Source: Thermodesulfobacteriota bacterium
GTDB lineage: Bacteria > Desulfobacterota_D > UBA1144 > Nemesobacterales > CSP1-2
Direction: 5' to 3'
DNA length: 64,000 bases
Assembly: GCA_049682815.1 (NCBI GenBank)
Contig: JBAUII010000079.1
Coordinates: 29,864-93,863 of the forward strand
Position numbers and translations under genes: made by a program. This document shows, piece after piece, positions 46,784 through 56,696 of the stretch; the stretch's first letter is position 1, and each line of letters opens with the position of its first letter. The notes under the pieces were generated by a model that saw only the letters and a list, made by a program, of their open reading frames with translations, did not search any database and had not been told where the DNA came from.

Positions 46784-46895
46784 CAGGATACAGGATGCAT
46801 GATCCATGATACAGGATGCACGATGCAGGATCCAAGATTCATCAAGGTTTTCAGCTATATCATGTATCGTGTATCGTGCATCGTGGATCGTGATC
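46784..46895. repeat. 16 contiguous heptamers in one register: about 9 x CANGATN, 2 spacer units, 5 x CGTGNAT (the reverse complement family)
   Basis: Read directly: caggata caggatg catgatc catgata caggatg cacgatg caggatc caagatt catcaag gttttca gctatat catgtat cgtgtat cgtgcat cgtggat cgtgatc. Confidence 0.8.
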
Positions 46896-47481
46896 AGAGT
46901 TTTCCCTTGGTCGAAGGTATTCCTTTTGAGCGTGCATCGATCATGGATGCTCGATCAAGCGCCCTGCCCACCGATTTGAAGGCTGCTTCAATGATATGGT
47001 GGATGTTATCCCCGTGTTTTAGCTCAATGTGCAGGTTGCACATGAGGCTATTAGATAGTGATTTAAAAAACTCTTTTTCGAGCTCAACGTCAAAATCACC
47101 AACTTTTCCCTTTTGCCTGAGAACCTTATGGACGAAAAAAGGTCTACCGCTAAGGTCGACTGAGGCAAAAACAAGGGTTTCATCGAAGGGAACGAAGGCT
47201 TCTCCGAATCTGGCTATTCCTCTTTTGTCTCCAAGTGCTTTCAAGAGTGCTTCGCCCAAAGCAAGTCCGACATCCTCAACCGTATGGTGGTAATCTATAT
47301 CTATGTCTCCCTTAGCTTTAATTTTTAGATCGAAATAACCGTGTTTTGCAAACTGTGATAGCATATGATTGAAAAACGGTATGCCAGTTTCAATGTCATA
47401 CTTGCCTTTTCCATCGAGGTTGATGTCTACTGATACAGTAACTTCAGATGTTTTTCTTTCAACTTTTGCTTTTCTTGACAT
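46894..47481 (-). CDS. hisB: Imidazoleglycerol-phosphate dehydratase
   Basis: RKTSEVTVSVDINLDG...DIDYHHTVEDVGLALG...HHIIEAAFKS. Confidence 0.92.
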   Translation of the reverse strand: MSRKAKVERKTSEVTVSVDINLDGKGKYDIETGIPFFNHMLSQFAKHGYFDLKIKAKGDIDIDYHHTVEDVGLALGEALLKALGDKRGIARFGEAFVPFDETLVFASVDLSGRPFFVHKVLRQKGKVGDFDVELEKEFFKSLSNSLMCNLHIELKHGDNIHHIIEAAFKSVGRALDRASMIDARSKGIPSTKGKL

Positions 47482-47527
47482 AATGGATGCTTAGAATCAT
47501 ATCAGGAAATCAGGCTGTATCCAATCA

Positions 47528-48757
47528 TTACCCTTTATTCTCAGTTGTTAATTTCACTTCCTCAATTAGGCGAGAAGAGGCTTTAGTAACGATGAAATTG
47601 TAGTTTCTATGCGAAATCTTTTCTCCAACATTTGGTATTGATCCAAATTCGGTTAGAAGGAAACCACTCAGAGTATCATAATCCCCTTCAGGAATGCCGA
47701 GTCGTAATTCTTCGTTTAGGTAGTCTATCCCGATCTTGGTATTTATGAGGTATTCATTCTCTGATACCTTTCTCCAGAATTTTATTCCCTTGTCGTATTC
47801 ATCTTCGATCTCTCCTACTACCTCTTCTATGATATCTTCCAGGGTTATGACTCCAACTGCTCCACCATATTCATCCACAACTACGGCCATTCCTGCCAGT
47901 CCCCTTTTCATCTCATCTAGCAGCTCGTCAACAGCCTTTGTTTCGGGAACGAAGAAGGGTGGTCGAGAGTAATTTTTTATGGGCTCGTCTGGACCTGCTC
48001 CCAAAAGGTAAAAGGCGATAAGGATCCCCGTAATATGATCAATCCTTTCCTTATAAATCGGTATTCTAGAATGTCCGGTTTCTCTAATCAATTTTATCGC
48101 TTCTCTTACTGGAGTATCTTCACTGAGTGCGCATACGTGAGCCAATGGAATCATCACCTCGTCGATAGCGGTCTCTGAGAACCGGAATATCCTCTTAATT
48201 ATCTTTTCCCTATAGCCAATTTTCAATTTGTTGTCATCGATATCTATGGCATGCAAAAGCTCCTCTCGGGTTAAGAAAGGATTTTCGGTGCTCCCAATGA
48301 GTCTTAACAGACCTTTCACGAAAATGTTAACCATTGACAAGATTGGCGCAAACAACTTTGAAGCGAACCAAAGGGGATAGATTGACCACAGAACCATGGT
48401 GTTCCTTCTCTTCTGAAAGATTGCTTTTGGAACAACCTGTCCGAAGATTACGACCAATGGTGAAAGTATCAGAATTGCATAAAACTCTCCCCCCTTACCC
48501 AAGTAATTATGAAGGAAGAACGTTAGAACGATTGTGTTTGTGATCAGCGATAGATTTATACCAACGAGCGAGGTGCTCACGAACTTCTCAATTTCCAGGA
48601 ATGATTCTAACACAAGAGTCGCGCTCTTTGACCCATTTTCCGCGAGTTCCTTCATTTTTACTTTATCGCAGGATACGATTGCTATCTCGGAACCTGCGAA
48701 AAAGGCTTGCAGGGCTAAGAAAAATGCCACAATTAGTATTACAATCTCAAGCGACAT
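47528..48757 (-). CDS. CNNM/CorC-family transporter (DUF21 TM domain + CBS pair + CorC_HlyC)
   Basis: FFAGSEIA N-terminal DUF21. CBS pair. C-terminal transporter-associated domain. Confidence 0.8.
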   Translation of the reverse strand: MSLEIVILIVAFFLALQAFFAGSEIAIVSCDKVKMKELAENGSKSATLVLESFLEIEKFVSTSLVGINLSLITNTIVLTFFLHNYLGKGGEFYAILILSPLVVIFGQVVPKAIFQKRRNTMVLWSIYPLWFASKLFAPILSMVNIFVKGLLRLIGSTENPFLTREELLHAIDIDDNKLKIGYREKIIKRIFRFSETAIDEVMIPLAHVCALSEDTPVREAIKLIRETGHSRIPIYKERIDHITGILIAFYLLGAGPDEPIKNYSRPPFFVPETKAVDELLDEMKRGLAGMAVVVDEYGGAVGVITLEDIIEEVVGEIEDEYDKGIKFWRKVSENEYLINTKIGIDYLNEELRLGIPEGDYDTLSGFLLTEFGSIPNVGEKISHRNYNFIVTKASSRLIEEVKLTTENKG

Positions 48758-50096
48758 ATGATACCTCTTTCTCCGATCTCTGAACCTTTACCTCCGAAAT
48801 CCTTTTCCCGGTTACTTTATTGACTGTAAAGAGTAGGCTCCCGTGCTCTACTTGCTCGCCTTCTTGAGGAAACCTACCAAAGAGATCGAACAAAAATCCC
48901 CCGATTGTTTCATGATCTTCTTGAGGAGGAAGAACGGATATGTCAAGTTCTGCTCCCAGAGATTTTAGTCCACCTGTTCTAATTAAAGTGAATAGGAATT
49001 TATCATTGAACTCGTCTATCTTCATGCTTCCCGGTACAATCAGGGCATCACCTTCCCAAACAACCTGGGTTTCCTTGATGGCTCTCCTCTCATCTTCGAT
49101 TTCCCCAAAAAGCTCCTCAAGGATATCCTCCATGGTGACAATGCCATCGACCCGTCCATACTCTTCTACAACTATTGCTATCTGTGTTCTTTTGTGCTGG
49201 AACTCCCGTAAGAGATCGAAGGCCCTTTTACTTCTCGGAATAAAATAAGGTGGTCTCAAAATTCCTTCGATTGTTTTCTCTTGGGAAGAGTCTAATGAAA
49301 GCAGGTCTTTGGTATAAAGGATTCCGATTATGTTTTCTCTTTCATTTTTATAGATGGGAATCCTGGACAATCCTCTTTTTTTGACTCTATATATCGCATC
49401 TTCAGGAGATATGTAGACTGGCAGGAAAAAACAATCGATTGCAGGGGTCATGATCTTGTATACGGGCACCTCTTCAAGCTTAAATAGTTTACTAACTAGT
49501 TTTTTTTCTATTTCGGTGACAACGCCTTCCTCGCTTCCCAACCCCAGAAGCGCCTTCATCTCACCATCTGAAAGACCTTCTTTGCTTTCGTATTCAATAC
49601 CCCCTCCGCCAAATAGCCAGGTAATTCCAACAGATAATCCCAATACAATCCATCTCAATGGAGTTATCAACAAATGGTAGAGATTTAAAGGATAGGCAAC
49701 CAGACTGGCTATGAGCCTCGGGAATTTCACACCGATTGTTTTTGGCCCTATTTCTCCGAGTAAGAGTAGAGTCGGAGACGCGATTCCTATTGATATTAGC
49801 GTGAGTATTGCCTCGTCTGAAACATTGTGGAGTATTGCTCTCACAGTCAGCGCTACTACGCTGGAATAGATGACATTGAGTATTTCATCCGAGAGGTGAA
49901 TGGTTATTATCAGTTTATACGGTTCCTTTAGTAGTCTTTCAATGAGTGTGGCAGTCTTCTTCCCTTCCTTTCGAAGCTTGGATCGTTGGTGTTTTCCAAG
50001 GGAAAAAAGAGCTCCCTCCGACATAGAAAAGAAGCCGGAGAGAAAGAGCAAGAGCAAGAGAAAAAGAAGATTTTGTACCAGCGTTACGTCTTGCAT
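48747..50096 (-). CDS. CNNM/CorC-family transporter, second paralogue
   Basis: Same architecture (GFFSMSEGALFS...CBS...CorC_HlyC). 11-nt overlap with the downstream paralogue. Confidence 0.8.
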   Translation of the reverse strand: MQDVTLVQNLLFLLLLLFLSGFFSMSEGALFSLGKHQRSKLRKEGKKTATLIERLLKEPYKLIITIHLSDEILNVIYSSVVALTVRAILHNVSDEAILTLISIGIASPTLLLLGEIGPKTIGVKFPRLIASLVAYPLNLYHLLITPLRWIVLGLSVGITWLFGGGGIEYESKEGLSDGEMKALLGLGSEEGVVTEIEKKLVSKLFKLEEVPVYKIMTPAIDCFFLPVYISPEDAIYRVKKRGLSRIPIYKNERENIIGILYTKDLLSLDSSQEKTIEGILRPPYFIPRSKRAFDLLREFQHKRTQIAIVVEEYGRVDGIVTMEDILEELFGEIEDERRAIKETQVVWEGDALIVPGSMKIDEFNDKFLFTLIRTGGLKSLGAELDISVLPPQEDHETIGGFLFDLFGRFPQEGEQVEHGSLLFTVNKVTGKRISEVKVQRSEKEVSYVA

Positions 50097-50099
50097 CTT

Positions 50100-51089
50100 T
50101 TATACAAAATGAACAAATCCCCTTTCTTCATAACGGATGTCGTTCCCGGCGATATCCAAAATTTGGATTGAAGACTCGTCGGTTATTTGACCTATTTCCG
50201 TTATCCTTATTTTTTGAGTTCTTGCGAGCCCTTGTATCTGTTCTTCATTTTCTTTAGGCGATGAGAAAAGGAGTTCATAGTCTTCTCCCCCGGAGAGTGC
50301 AATGGAGTAGATGTCTTCTGAAAAGTCTTTAATTCGCCGTTTATAGCTGGACGATAACGGTATGCGATCGACATATATTTTGGCACCTAAGCCCTGTTTG
50401 ATAGATATTCGTTCGAGGTCAAGTATAAGACCGTCGCTTATGTCGATCATAGAGCTGACTAGTCTTTTTTTTGCGAGTTCCCTACCGAGATTAAGCCTTG
50501 GGTGGGGTCTTTTATGTCTCATTATCAAAAACTCATGGGACTCTTCAATATTGCCACTCACCAGCAACTTACGACCCAAGGCCGAATCTCCCACGGTACC
50601 GCTAACATATAAAACATCCCCCGGTATGGCTCCGTTTCTTCTAACAATCAATTCTGGCTCGACTTCACCGAGTACGGTTATATCTATGAAGATTTTATCT
50701 GATGAACTCAGGTTGCCTCCTATTAACTCTAACCCAAATTCATTGGCTCCAGACTCAAATCCGTCCATTAACTCTTCAAGAAAGACTTCGTCTTCATCGC
50801 TTGAAAATCCAACAGATGCAAGGAAAAATTTGGCGATCCCACCCATCGCAGCAATATCACTCGCCGAAACGGCAATAGATTTCCTCGCAAGATCGCTAGC
50901 TGATATAAGTTTTTTTATGAAATGTACATCCTCAACCTGGGAGTCGGTAGTTGCAAGGAGCAGTCTATCAGGGTGAATTTTTACCGCCGCGGTATCGTCA
51001 CCGACGCCAATACAAACACTTTTGGATACCTTTTGAAAACGCTCTCTAATCCTTTCAAGAGCGCTAAGCTCATCGATCATTTTAGGCAA
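50100..51089 (-). CDS. thiL: Thiamine-monophosphate kinase
   Basis: IGVGDDTAAV, LLATTDSQVEDVHF, GGNLS, MIDISDGL, SGGEDYELLF. Confidence 0.85.
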   Translation of the reverse strand: MPKMIDELSALERIRERFQKVSKSVCIGVGDDTAAVKIHPDRLLLATTDSQVEDVHFIKKLISASDLARKSIAVSASDIAAMGGIAKFFLASVGFSSDEDEVFLEELMDGFESGANEFGLELIGGNLSSSDKIFIDITVLGEVEPELIVRRNGAIPGDVLYVSGTVGDSALGRKLLVSGNIEESHEFLIMRHKRPHPRLNLGRELAKKRLVSSMIDISDGLILDLERISIKQGLGAKIYVDRIPLSSSYKRRIKDFSEDIYSIALSGGEDYELLFSSPKENEEQIQGLARTQKIRITEIGQITDESSIQILDIAGNDIRYEERGFVHFV

Positions 51090-51469
51090 GAACCAGAGAT
51101 TGGAACCCCTTTATGTGACTCTAATTTAATTAATATGGGTATATGAAACTTGGTCGGATTCTGACAAAGACTGAATCTTATATGTTTTGAATGTGATAAG
51201 TCGTTTTCCATATTAGGGTTTTTATCGGGAGCCTATAAAACCCTAAAGACCATTTTATGATATTTGATTTTGTATGTCAAACATTTTTTGAGATTCTTTC
51301 TAATCAGCAGGGTGATTGTGAAAGCGCAGAATCGTCCTCTGATCGTCTGTATTTTGGTTATATGGCGGCCGAAATGTCTTAGCTGCATTGGAAAAACCGA
51401 ATAATAATCAAGAATCGGCTTAGTATCTAACTTTGACACGACTTTTGTTAATACCTACAATGTAAAGAC

Positions 51470-54181
51470 ATGGATAATCCTGTTTTATATCTCATCGATG
51501 GTAGCTCCTATATATTTCGAGCATACCATGCCATCAGAAAACTTAGTAATTCAAAGGGCTTTCCTACGAATGCCATATACGGGTTTACAAACATGATTTT
51601 CAAGTTTCTGAAGGATTATAATCCTGATTACCTTGCAATTGTATTTGATTCGAAGGGTAAAACATTCAGGGACGAAATCTACCCGCTTTACAAGGCCAAC
51701 AGGGAGGAGCCACCTGACGATCTGAAGCAGCAGATACCAAAGATCTATGATGTGGTCGATGCGTTGGCCATACCGAAGTTTCAGATGGAGGGTTATGAAG
51801 CGGACGATCTCATAGGAACGATAACGAGGGATTCAGTAGATAAGGGCCTAAAAGTCGTAGTCATTACAGGGGATAAAGATTTCAGCCAGCTTGTTTCGGA
51901 GAGTGTCACGCTAATCGATACCATGAGGAATAAAGAAACGGGTTTAGAGGATGTTCGCGAGAAATTTAGTGTGCCGCCGGAAAGGGTAACAGATGTATTT
52001 GCACTTGCCGGGGACTCAGTTGACAATATTCCGGGTGTGAAGGGTATTGGTGAAAAAACCGCAAAAGAGCTAATCAGTAAATATGGATCCCTACGAGGCC
52101 TTTTTGATAACCTCGACAAACTGAGTAAGAGGCAGAGAGAGTTAATAGAAGATAATAAAGAGAATGCCTTGTTGAGTAAAAGGCTCGTAACCATCAAAAC
52201 CGATGTTCCTATCAAATTCACTCTCGAGGATTTTAGATTTCATGGGATTAATAAGGACAAAGTAATGGAAATTTTTGACGAGCTCGAGTTCAAGTCCTTA
52301 CTGCGTGAACTAGGCGAGACCAATGGCCCTGCTGTGGAAAAATCTAAGAATAGTAATATGGTAAGTGAAGTTTATTATGATCACTACCATCTTGTATTAT
52401 CAGACGATGAATTGAACACAGTGATTAATCGACTAAAGGAGGTGAGAGAGGTCTCCTTAGATCTTGAGACCACATCTCCGGAACCCATGAGGGCTAAAAT
52501 CGTCGGGCTTTCCCTTTCTATTGTGCCGCATGAGGCCTTTTATATACCCGTCGCTCACAGGTCTCTAGTCGATTCCCGAAAACAATTAAGTCTTGATCAT
52601 GTTCTTGGGAAGCTAAAATCGATCGTTGAAGATGAGAGGGTGAATAAAATAGGTCAGAACCTGAAATACGATTATATTGTCCTCGAAAAATACGGATTAA
52701 GGCTTATCGGAATCGTCTGTGATACTATGATTGCAGCGCACCTGCTGGATTCTTCCAGGATGAGCTATAGCTTAGATGAGCTTGCGAAGATCTACCTCAG
52801 TCATAACACGATTACCTATAAAGACCTTACAGGATCCGGAAGGAGTAAGATCGATTTTGAAGAGGTGGATTTGGAGAAGGCTAAGGTGTATGCCTGCGAG
52901 GATGCAGATGTCGCCTTGTTACTTTCCAGGAAACTGCTTCCATTGCTTGAAGAAATGAATGTTATGAAGGTCTACAAAGAAGTTTATCTTAGACTAATTG
53001 AGGTTCTAGCAAGGGTGGAGATTAACGGTGTAAAAGTAGACTCCTCTCGTCTGAAGGAGTTATCTACGGAGTTTCAAGCTGGTCTGGAACGCCTGGCAAA
53101 TGATATATACGCGCAGGTCGGATATGAGTTTAACCTGAATTCTCCCATTCAGCTAAGAGACGTCTTGTTTGGTAAACTCGGATTGCCCAAGAAGAAACTC
53201 ACAAGGACTGGCGAGCCCTCCACTGATGTCGATGTGCTTAACGATCTGAGCAGACTGCATCCAGTTCCCCAGAAAATACTCGAATACAGGGGGCTCTCAA
53301 AGCTTAAATCCACGTATGTGGATGCGTTGCCTAAGCTCATCCACCCTGAAACGGGAAGAATACATACCTCTTTCAATCAGGTGGGAACCTCCACGGGGAG
53401 GGTCAGTTCTAGCGATCCCAATCTGCAAAACATTCCTATAAGATCCGAGGAAGGCAAGAGGATCCGTGAAGCCTTTGTTCCCGAAGAGGGGTTCGTGCTT
53501 CTATCGGCAGATTATTCGCAAATAGAGCTCAGGCTTCTTGCGCATTTCTCTGGCGATGAGGGACTGAGGGCCGCATTCAAGGCCGGAAGTGATATCCACA
53601 ACCGAACCGCTTCTGAGATCTTCGGAGTCGCTGAAGATATGGTTAGCGCTGATATGAGAAGACTTTCAAAGAATATCAACTTCGGGATAATCTATGGGAT
53701 AAGCGCCTTTGGCCTTGCAAGGCAGCTTGGTACCTCGGTTTCAATAGCCCGGAATTATATGAATGAATACTTTAAGCGTTACAGCAGTGTAAAGAAGTAT
53801 ATGGAGGATTCGGTTCGAGTTGCGCAAGATAGGGGCTATGCTGAAACGATTCTTGGAAGGCGAAGACCGATACCAGAGCTGGGATCCACCGACAGGACGG
53901 TGCGGGGCGTTGGGGAGAGGGCTGCAATCAATACACCTATACAGGGTTCGGCCGCAGACATTTTAGATATTGCGATGATAAAAATACATGACAAATTGGT
54001 TTTGGGCTATAAGTCCAAGATGATTCTACAGGTTCATGATGAACTTTTGTTTGAGGTTCATGAAGACGAGCGGGACGTACTTTCGAGGATGGTAAAGGAG
54101 GAAATGGAAGGAGCCTTTACTCTTGAGGTTCCTGTGAAAGTAGATATAGGTGTGGGGAAAAGCTGGGCAGAGGCTCATTAG
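51470..54181 (+). CDS. polA: DNA polymerase I
   Basis: 5'-nuclease (LIDGSSYIFRAYHA). 3'-5' exo (SLDLETTS). Polymerase motifs (DYSQIELRLLAH, QVHDELLFE). 903 aa. Confidence 0.95.
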   Translation: MDNPVLYLIDGSSYIFRAYHAIRKLSNSKGFPTNAIYGFTNMIFKFLKDYNPDYLAIVFDSKGKTFRDEIYPLYKANREEPPDDLKQQIPKIYDVVDALAIPKFQMEGYEADDLIGTITRDSVDKGLKVVVITGDKDFSQLVSESVTLIDTMRNKETGLEDVREKFSVPPERVTDVFALAGDSVDNIPGVKGIGEKTAKELISKYGSLRGLFDNLDKLSKRQRELIEDNKENALLSKRLVTIKTDVPIKFTLEDFRFHGINKDKVMEIFDELEFKSLLRELGETNGPAVEKSKNSNMVSEVYYDHYHLVLSDDELNTVINRLKEVREVSLDLETTSPEPMRAKIVGLSLSIVPHEAFYIPVAHRSLVDSRKQLSLDHVLGKLKSIVEDERVNKIGQNLKYDYIVLEKYGLRLIGIVCDTMIAAHLLDSSRMSYSLDELAKIYLSHNTITYKDLTGSGRSKIDFEEVDLEKAKVYACEDADVALLLSRKLLPLLEEMNVMKVYKEVYLRLIEVLARVEINGVKVDSSRLKELSTEFQAGLERLANDIYAQVGYEFNLNSPIQLRDVLFGKLGLPKKKLTRTGEPSTDVDVLNDLSRLHPVPQKILEYRGLSKLKSTYVDALPKLIHPETGRIHTSFNQVGTSTGRVSSSDPNLQNIPIRSEEGKRIREAFVPEEGFVLLSADYSQIELRLLAHFSGDEGLRAAFKAGSDIHNRTASEIFGVAEDMVSADMRRLSKNINFGIIYGISAFGLARQLGTSVSIARNYMNEYFKRYSSVKKYMEDSVRVAQDRGYAETILGRRRPIPELGSTDRTVRGVGERAAINTPIQGSAADILDIAMIKIHDKLVLGYKSKMILQVHDELLFEVHEDERDVLSRMVKEEMEGAFTLEVPVKVDIGVGKSWAEAH

Positions 54182-54523
54182 TCATTTGCGGATCCAACGT
54201 CTCATCACTGTGAGAGTTAGAACTTTCGTGCATTGAGTCTTAAAGTCCGCCATAAAATCGATGAGATTAAAAACCAATCGGGAAAAGAATGTCCCGACTA
54301 TCCATAATAAATACGGTCATCAGTAACAATAGGCGGGGGGGGGTTCCAACTCCGCACGGATAAAGCATGACGATTCGAAAGCCAAAGGTTTTCGATACAT
54401 TTAGGGTGACTCGCCACTGTCTTGGTTCCTTAGATTAACTCACGACTAGGGCCTCAGGGCAAGGCCGCGCCCTTATTGTCATTACCTAATTCCTTAATAG
54501 GGAATCCAAGCTTTTACCTCTGG

Positions 54524-54932
54524 ATCCCCGATTACTGATTTCGGGGATGACCTAACGACTAAAAAATTTGGTCTAGCCATAATCTGGTCATCCTGAATTC
54601 ATTTCAGGATCTAATCGAGTCAAGAGATGCTGAAACAAGTTCAGCATGACTAACTATGACATTCATTCTCCTAATGCAATTTTTGGAATGCCGTTCAAGT
54701 CCTTTTCATTCTGAAAAGGATAAATGAAAATAGACCTATTCAAGAAACTGTAACAATTTTGTCCACTAAGCATTTGACACCTCCAATCACGAGCGCTTCG
54801 ACTGGCTCAGTGCAGCCTCTAGCGAATTCATCCCCTTCCCTTCCAGTGTCATTGCGGGTGTTAGCGAAGCAATCTCCTACCTACCGTCGAAATAGGGATT
54901 GCTTCAATTTGCTTGACAAATTTCGCAATGAC
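54524..54932. repeat. Cluster of unrelated short hairpins each bounded by GTCAT/ATGAC
   Basis: Four hairpins: 54524-54551 ATCCCCGA/TCGGGGAT+GAC; 54587-54611 GTC+ATCCTGAA/TTCAGGAT; 54627-54650 ATGCTGAA/TTCAGCAT+GAC; 54848-54932 GTCATTGCG...(GAAGCAATC...GATTGCTTC)...CGCAATGAC. There is also a 9-bp perfect hairpin at 54700-54720. Confidence 0.7.
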
Positions 54933-55221
54933 AGTAAGAGCTGCTGGCATGAGTGGTCTGGCCCTTGGATTAAACCCGGGGCTAAGTAAAGGCTCCCGGG
55001 TGGGGATTCCTGGCTATTTTTAAGATTCATTGGTTCCCTTCGTCCTGGCTCAGGTTTCGTTCTAATGATAACAAGAAGATGCTATCGGCGATATCAGACA
55101 TTAGTTTTGTCGGCTAAATTAAAAAAATAACTAGACATTTAAAAATAAAGGGTATAAAATGAAAAGGTCTTTTGATAATTCTTAATCCGAAGTAGGAGGG
55201 TGGAGATTTCGATTTAAATTT

Positions 55222-56655
55222 TTGATGAGAAAATTCTTTTTCACATTTCTACATCTTGTTTCAGTTCTTATTGTCAGCCATATCGCTTTTTCAGCGAATC
55301 TCGGGTACTCGGATAGGCTTTTCACATTAATCCCGAGGGAGGCAAGGAGTAACGGAAAACTCGGCGTAGTTGTAAGGTCCTTGACAACAAATGAAAGTAT
55401 ATTCGAGTTCAATGCTGATAAGCTATTTATCCCCGCTTCAAATCAGAAGGTAATAATATCGGTCGCGGCGCTATCTTTACTGAAACCGAACTACAGGTTT
55501 AAAACAGAGTTTTATTCAGGCGGTGAAGTCTCTGGCGGAGTTCTCCACGGAGGACTCTACGTTAAAGGTTACGGAGACCCAACGTTGGAAAAGGATAATC
55601 TGGTTTTTATTGCGAATCAGATGAAGATGATGGGGATAAGGGAAATTAGGGGAGGAATTATAGTCGATGATTCGTACTTCGAGCAGGTCCGCTTCGGGAA
55701 GGGATGGAAGTCGAATTGGAGGGGTGATGTGTATAGCCCTCCTATCAGCGCTTTAACCTTAAATCACAATACATTCGAGATTCACGTTTCTCCTTCTAGG
55801 TCCGGAGGTACGCCCTACATAAGGCTCGAGCCCCCTGGTGGATACATTCAGGTGTTTAACAAGGCAGTTACCAGTAACAAAAAGGGTGGACTGTCGGCAC
55901 ACTGGGTGGATGGCAGTAATGCGGTAGTCCTTAATGGACGAATCTCGCCACGCAGATCTTCACAGGCTTTAGAGCTGGCCGTTATTGACCCGACACTCTA
56001 CGCGGGTGGTGTATTTAAGAGGGTTCTCGAGGATTCCGGTATAATGGTCAGTGGTGCGCTTAGTAAAGGCATAGTTCCTAATTGGAGCAACCCAATATAT
56101 ACACACATTTCCATTCCGCTCTCGTTGATTGTTAACGAGTACAATAAGGAGAGTGTTAATGTCATCGGTGAGAATTTAATTAAAACTCTAGGTGCTCATT
56201 TTAAAGGTTCACCGGGTTCATGGGAAACGGGTGCCCAGGTGATTTCGGATTTTCTCGTGGGCATTGGAGTCGATAGTTATTTCAGAATCGTTGACGGGTC
56301 AGGCCTCTCGAACCTAAATCGTATTTCTCCACAAACGATGACCGATGTTCTGCAATACGCCTACACAAACAAACTCATAGGTCCTGATTTTGTTAAATCC
56401 CTTCCGATAGCAGGCGTGGATGGTACCTTGAAAAAAAGATTTAGAGGCTCAGGATTAGAAGGGAGAGTGGTGGCCAAGACGGGGTATATAAACAACGTAA
56501 GGGCACTTTCAGGCTATGCTTTTACAAGAAGCGGAGACGTTCTGGCGTTTTCAATTCTGTCTAATGGTGTCGGACCACAAGTAAAGACTTTTCAAAGCAA
56601 AATGCTTACTGAGCTTATGGGTTGTTGCGGGAGCAATGGTTATAGGGGTAATTGA
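55222..56655 (+). CDS. dacB: D-alanyl-D-alanine carboxypeptidase/endopeptidase (PBP4, peptidase S13)
   Basis: PASNQK (SxxK), DGSGLS, AKTGY (KTG). 477 aa with a signal peptide. Confidence 0.85.
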   Translation: MMRKFFFTFLHLVSVLIVSHIAFSANLGYSDRLFTLIPREARSNGKLGVVVRSLTTNESIFEFNADKLFIPASNQKVIISVAALSLLKPNYRFKTEFYSGGEVSGGVLHGGLYVKGYGDPTLEKDNLVFIANQMKMMGIREIRGGIIVDDSYFEQVRFGKGWKSNWRGDVYSPPISALTLNHNTFEIHVSPSRSGGTPYIRLEPPGGYIQVFNKAVTSNKKGGLSAHWVDGSNAVVLNGRISPRRSSQALELAVIDPTLYAGGVFKRVLEDSGIMVSGALSKGIVPNWSNPIYTHISIPLSLIVNEYNKESVNVIGENLIKTLGAHFKGSPGSWETGAQVISDFLVGIGVDSYFRIVDGSGLSNLNRISPQTMTDVLQYAYTNKLIGPDFVKSLPIAGVDGTLKKRFRGSGLEGRVVAKTGYINNVRALSGYAFTRSGDVLAFSILSNGVGPQVKTFQSKMLTELMGCCGSNGYRGN

Positions 56656-56696
56656 ATAATCTGTGTGTCTGAATAACGTGTCATTGATAGATGTAT

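Noticed and set aside
46768-46845. N-terminal 26 codons of the track ORF for hisH (MMNLGSCIVHPVSWIMHPVSCVLESY)
   Set aside because: This is a translation of the heptamer array. The canonical HisH N-terminus MIAIIDYGMGN starts at 46767 with its own RBS.
54331-54360. G9 run followed by TTCCAACTCC, considered as a tRNA/tmRNA T-arm
   Set aside because: The flanks cannot form a T-stem or acceptor stem. No tmRNA tag ORF or RNase P/SRP conserved boxes were found in 54182-55221.
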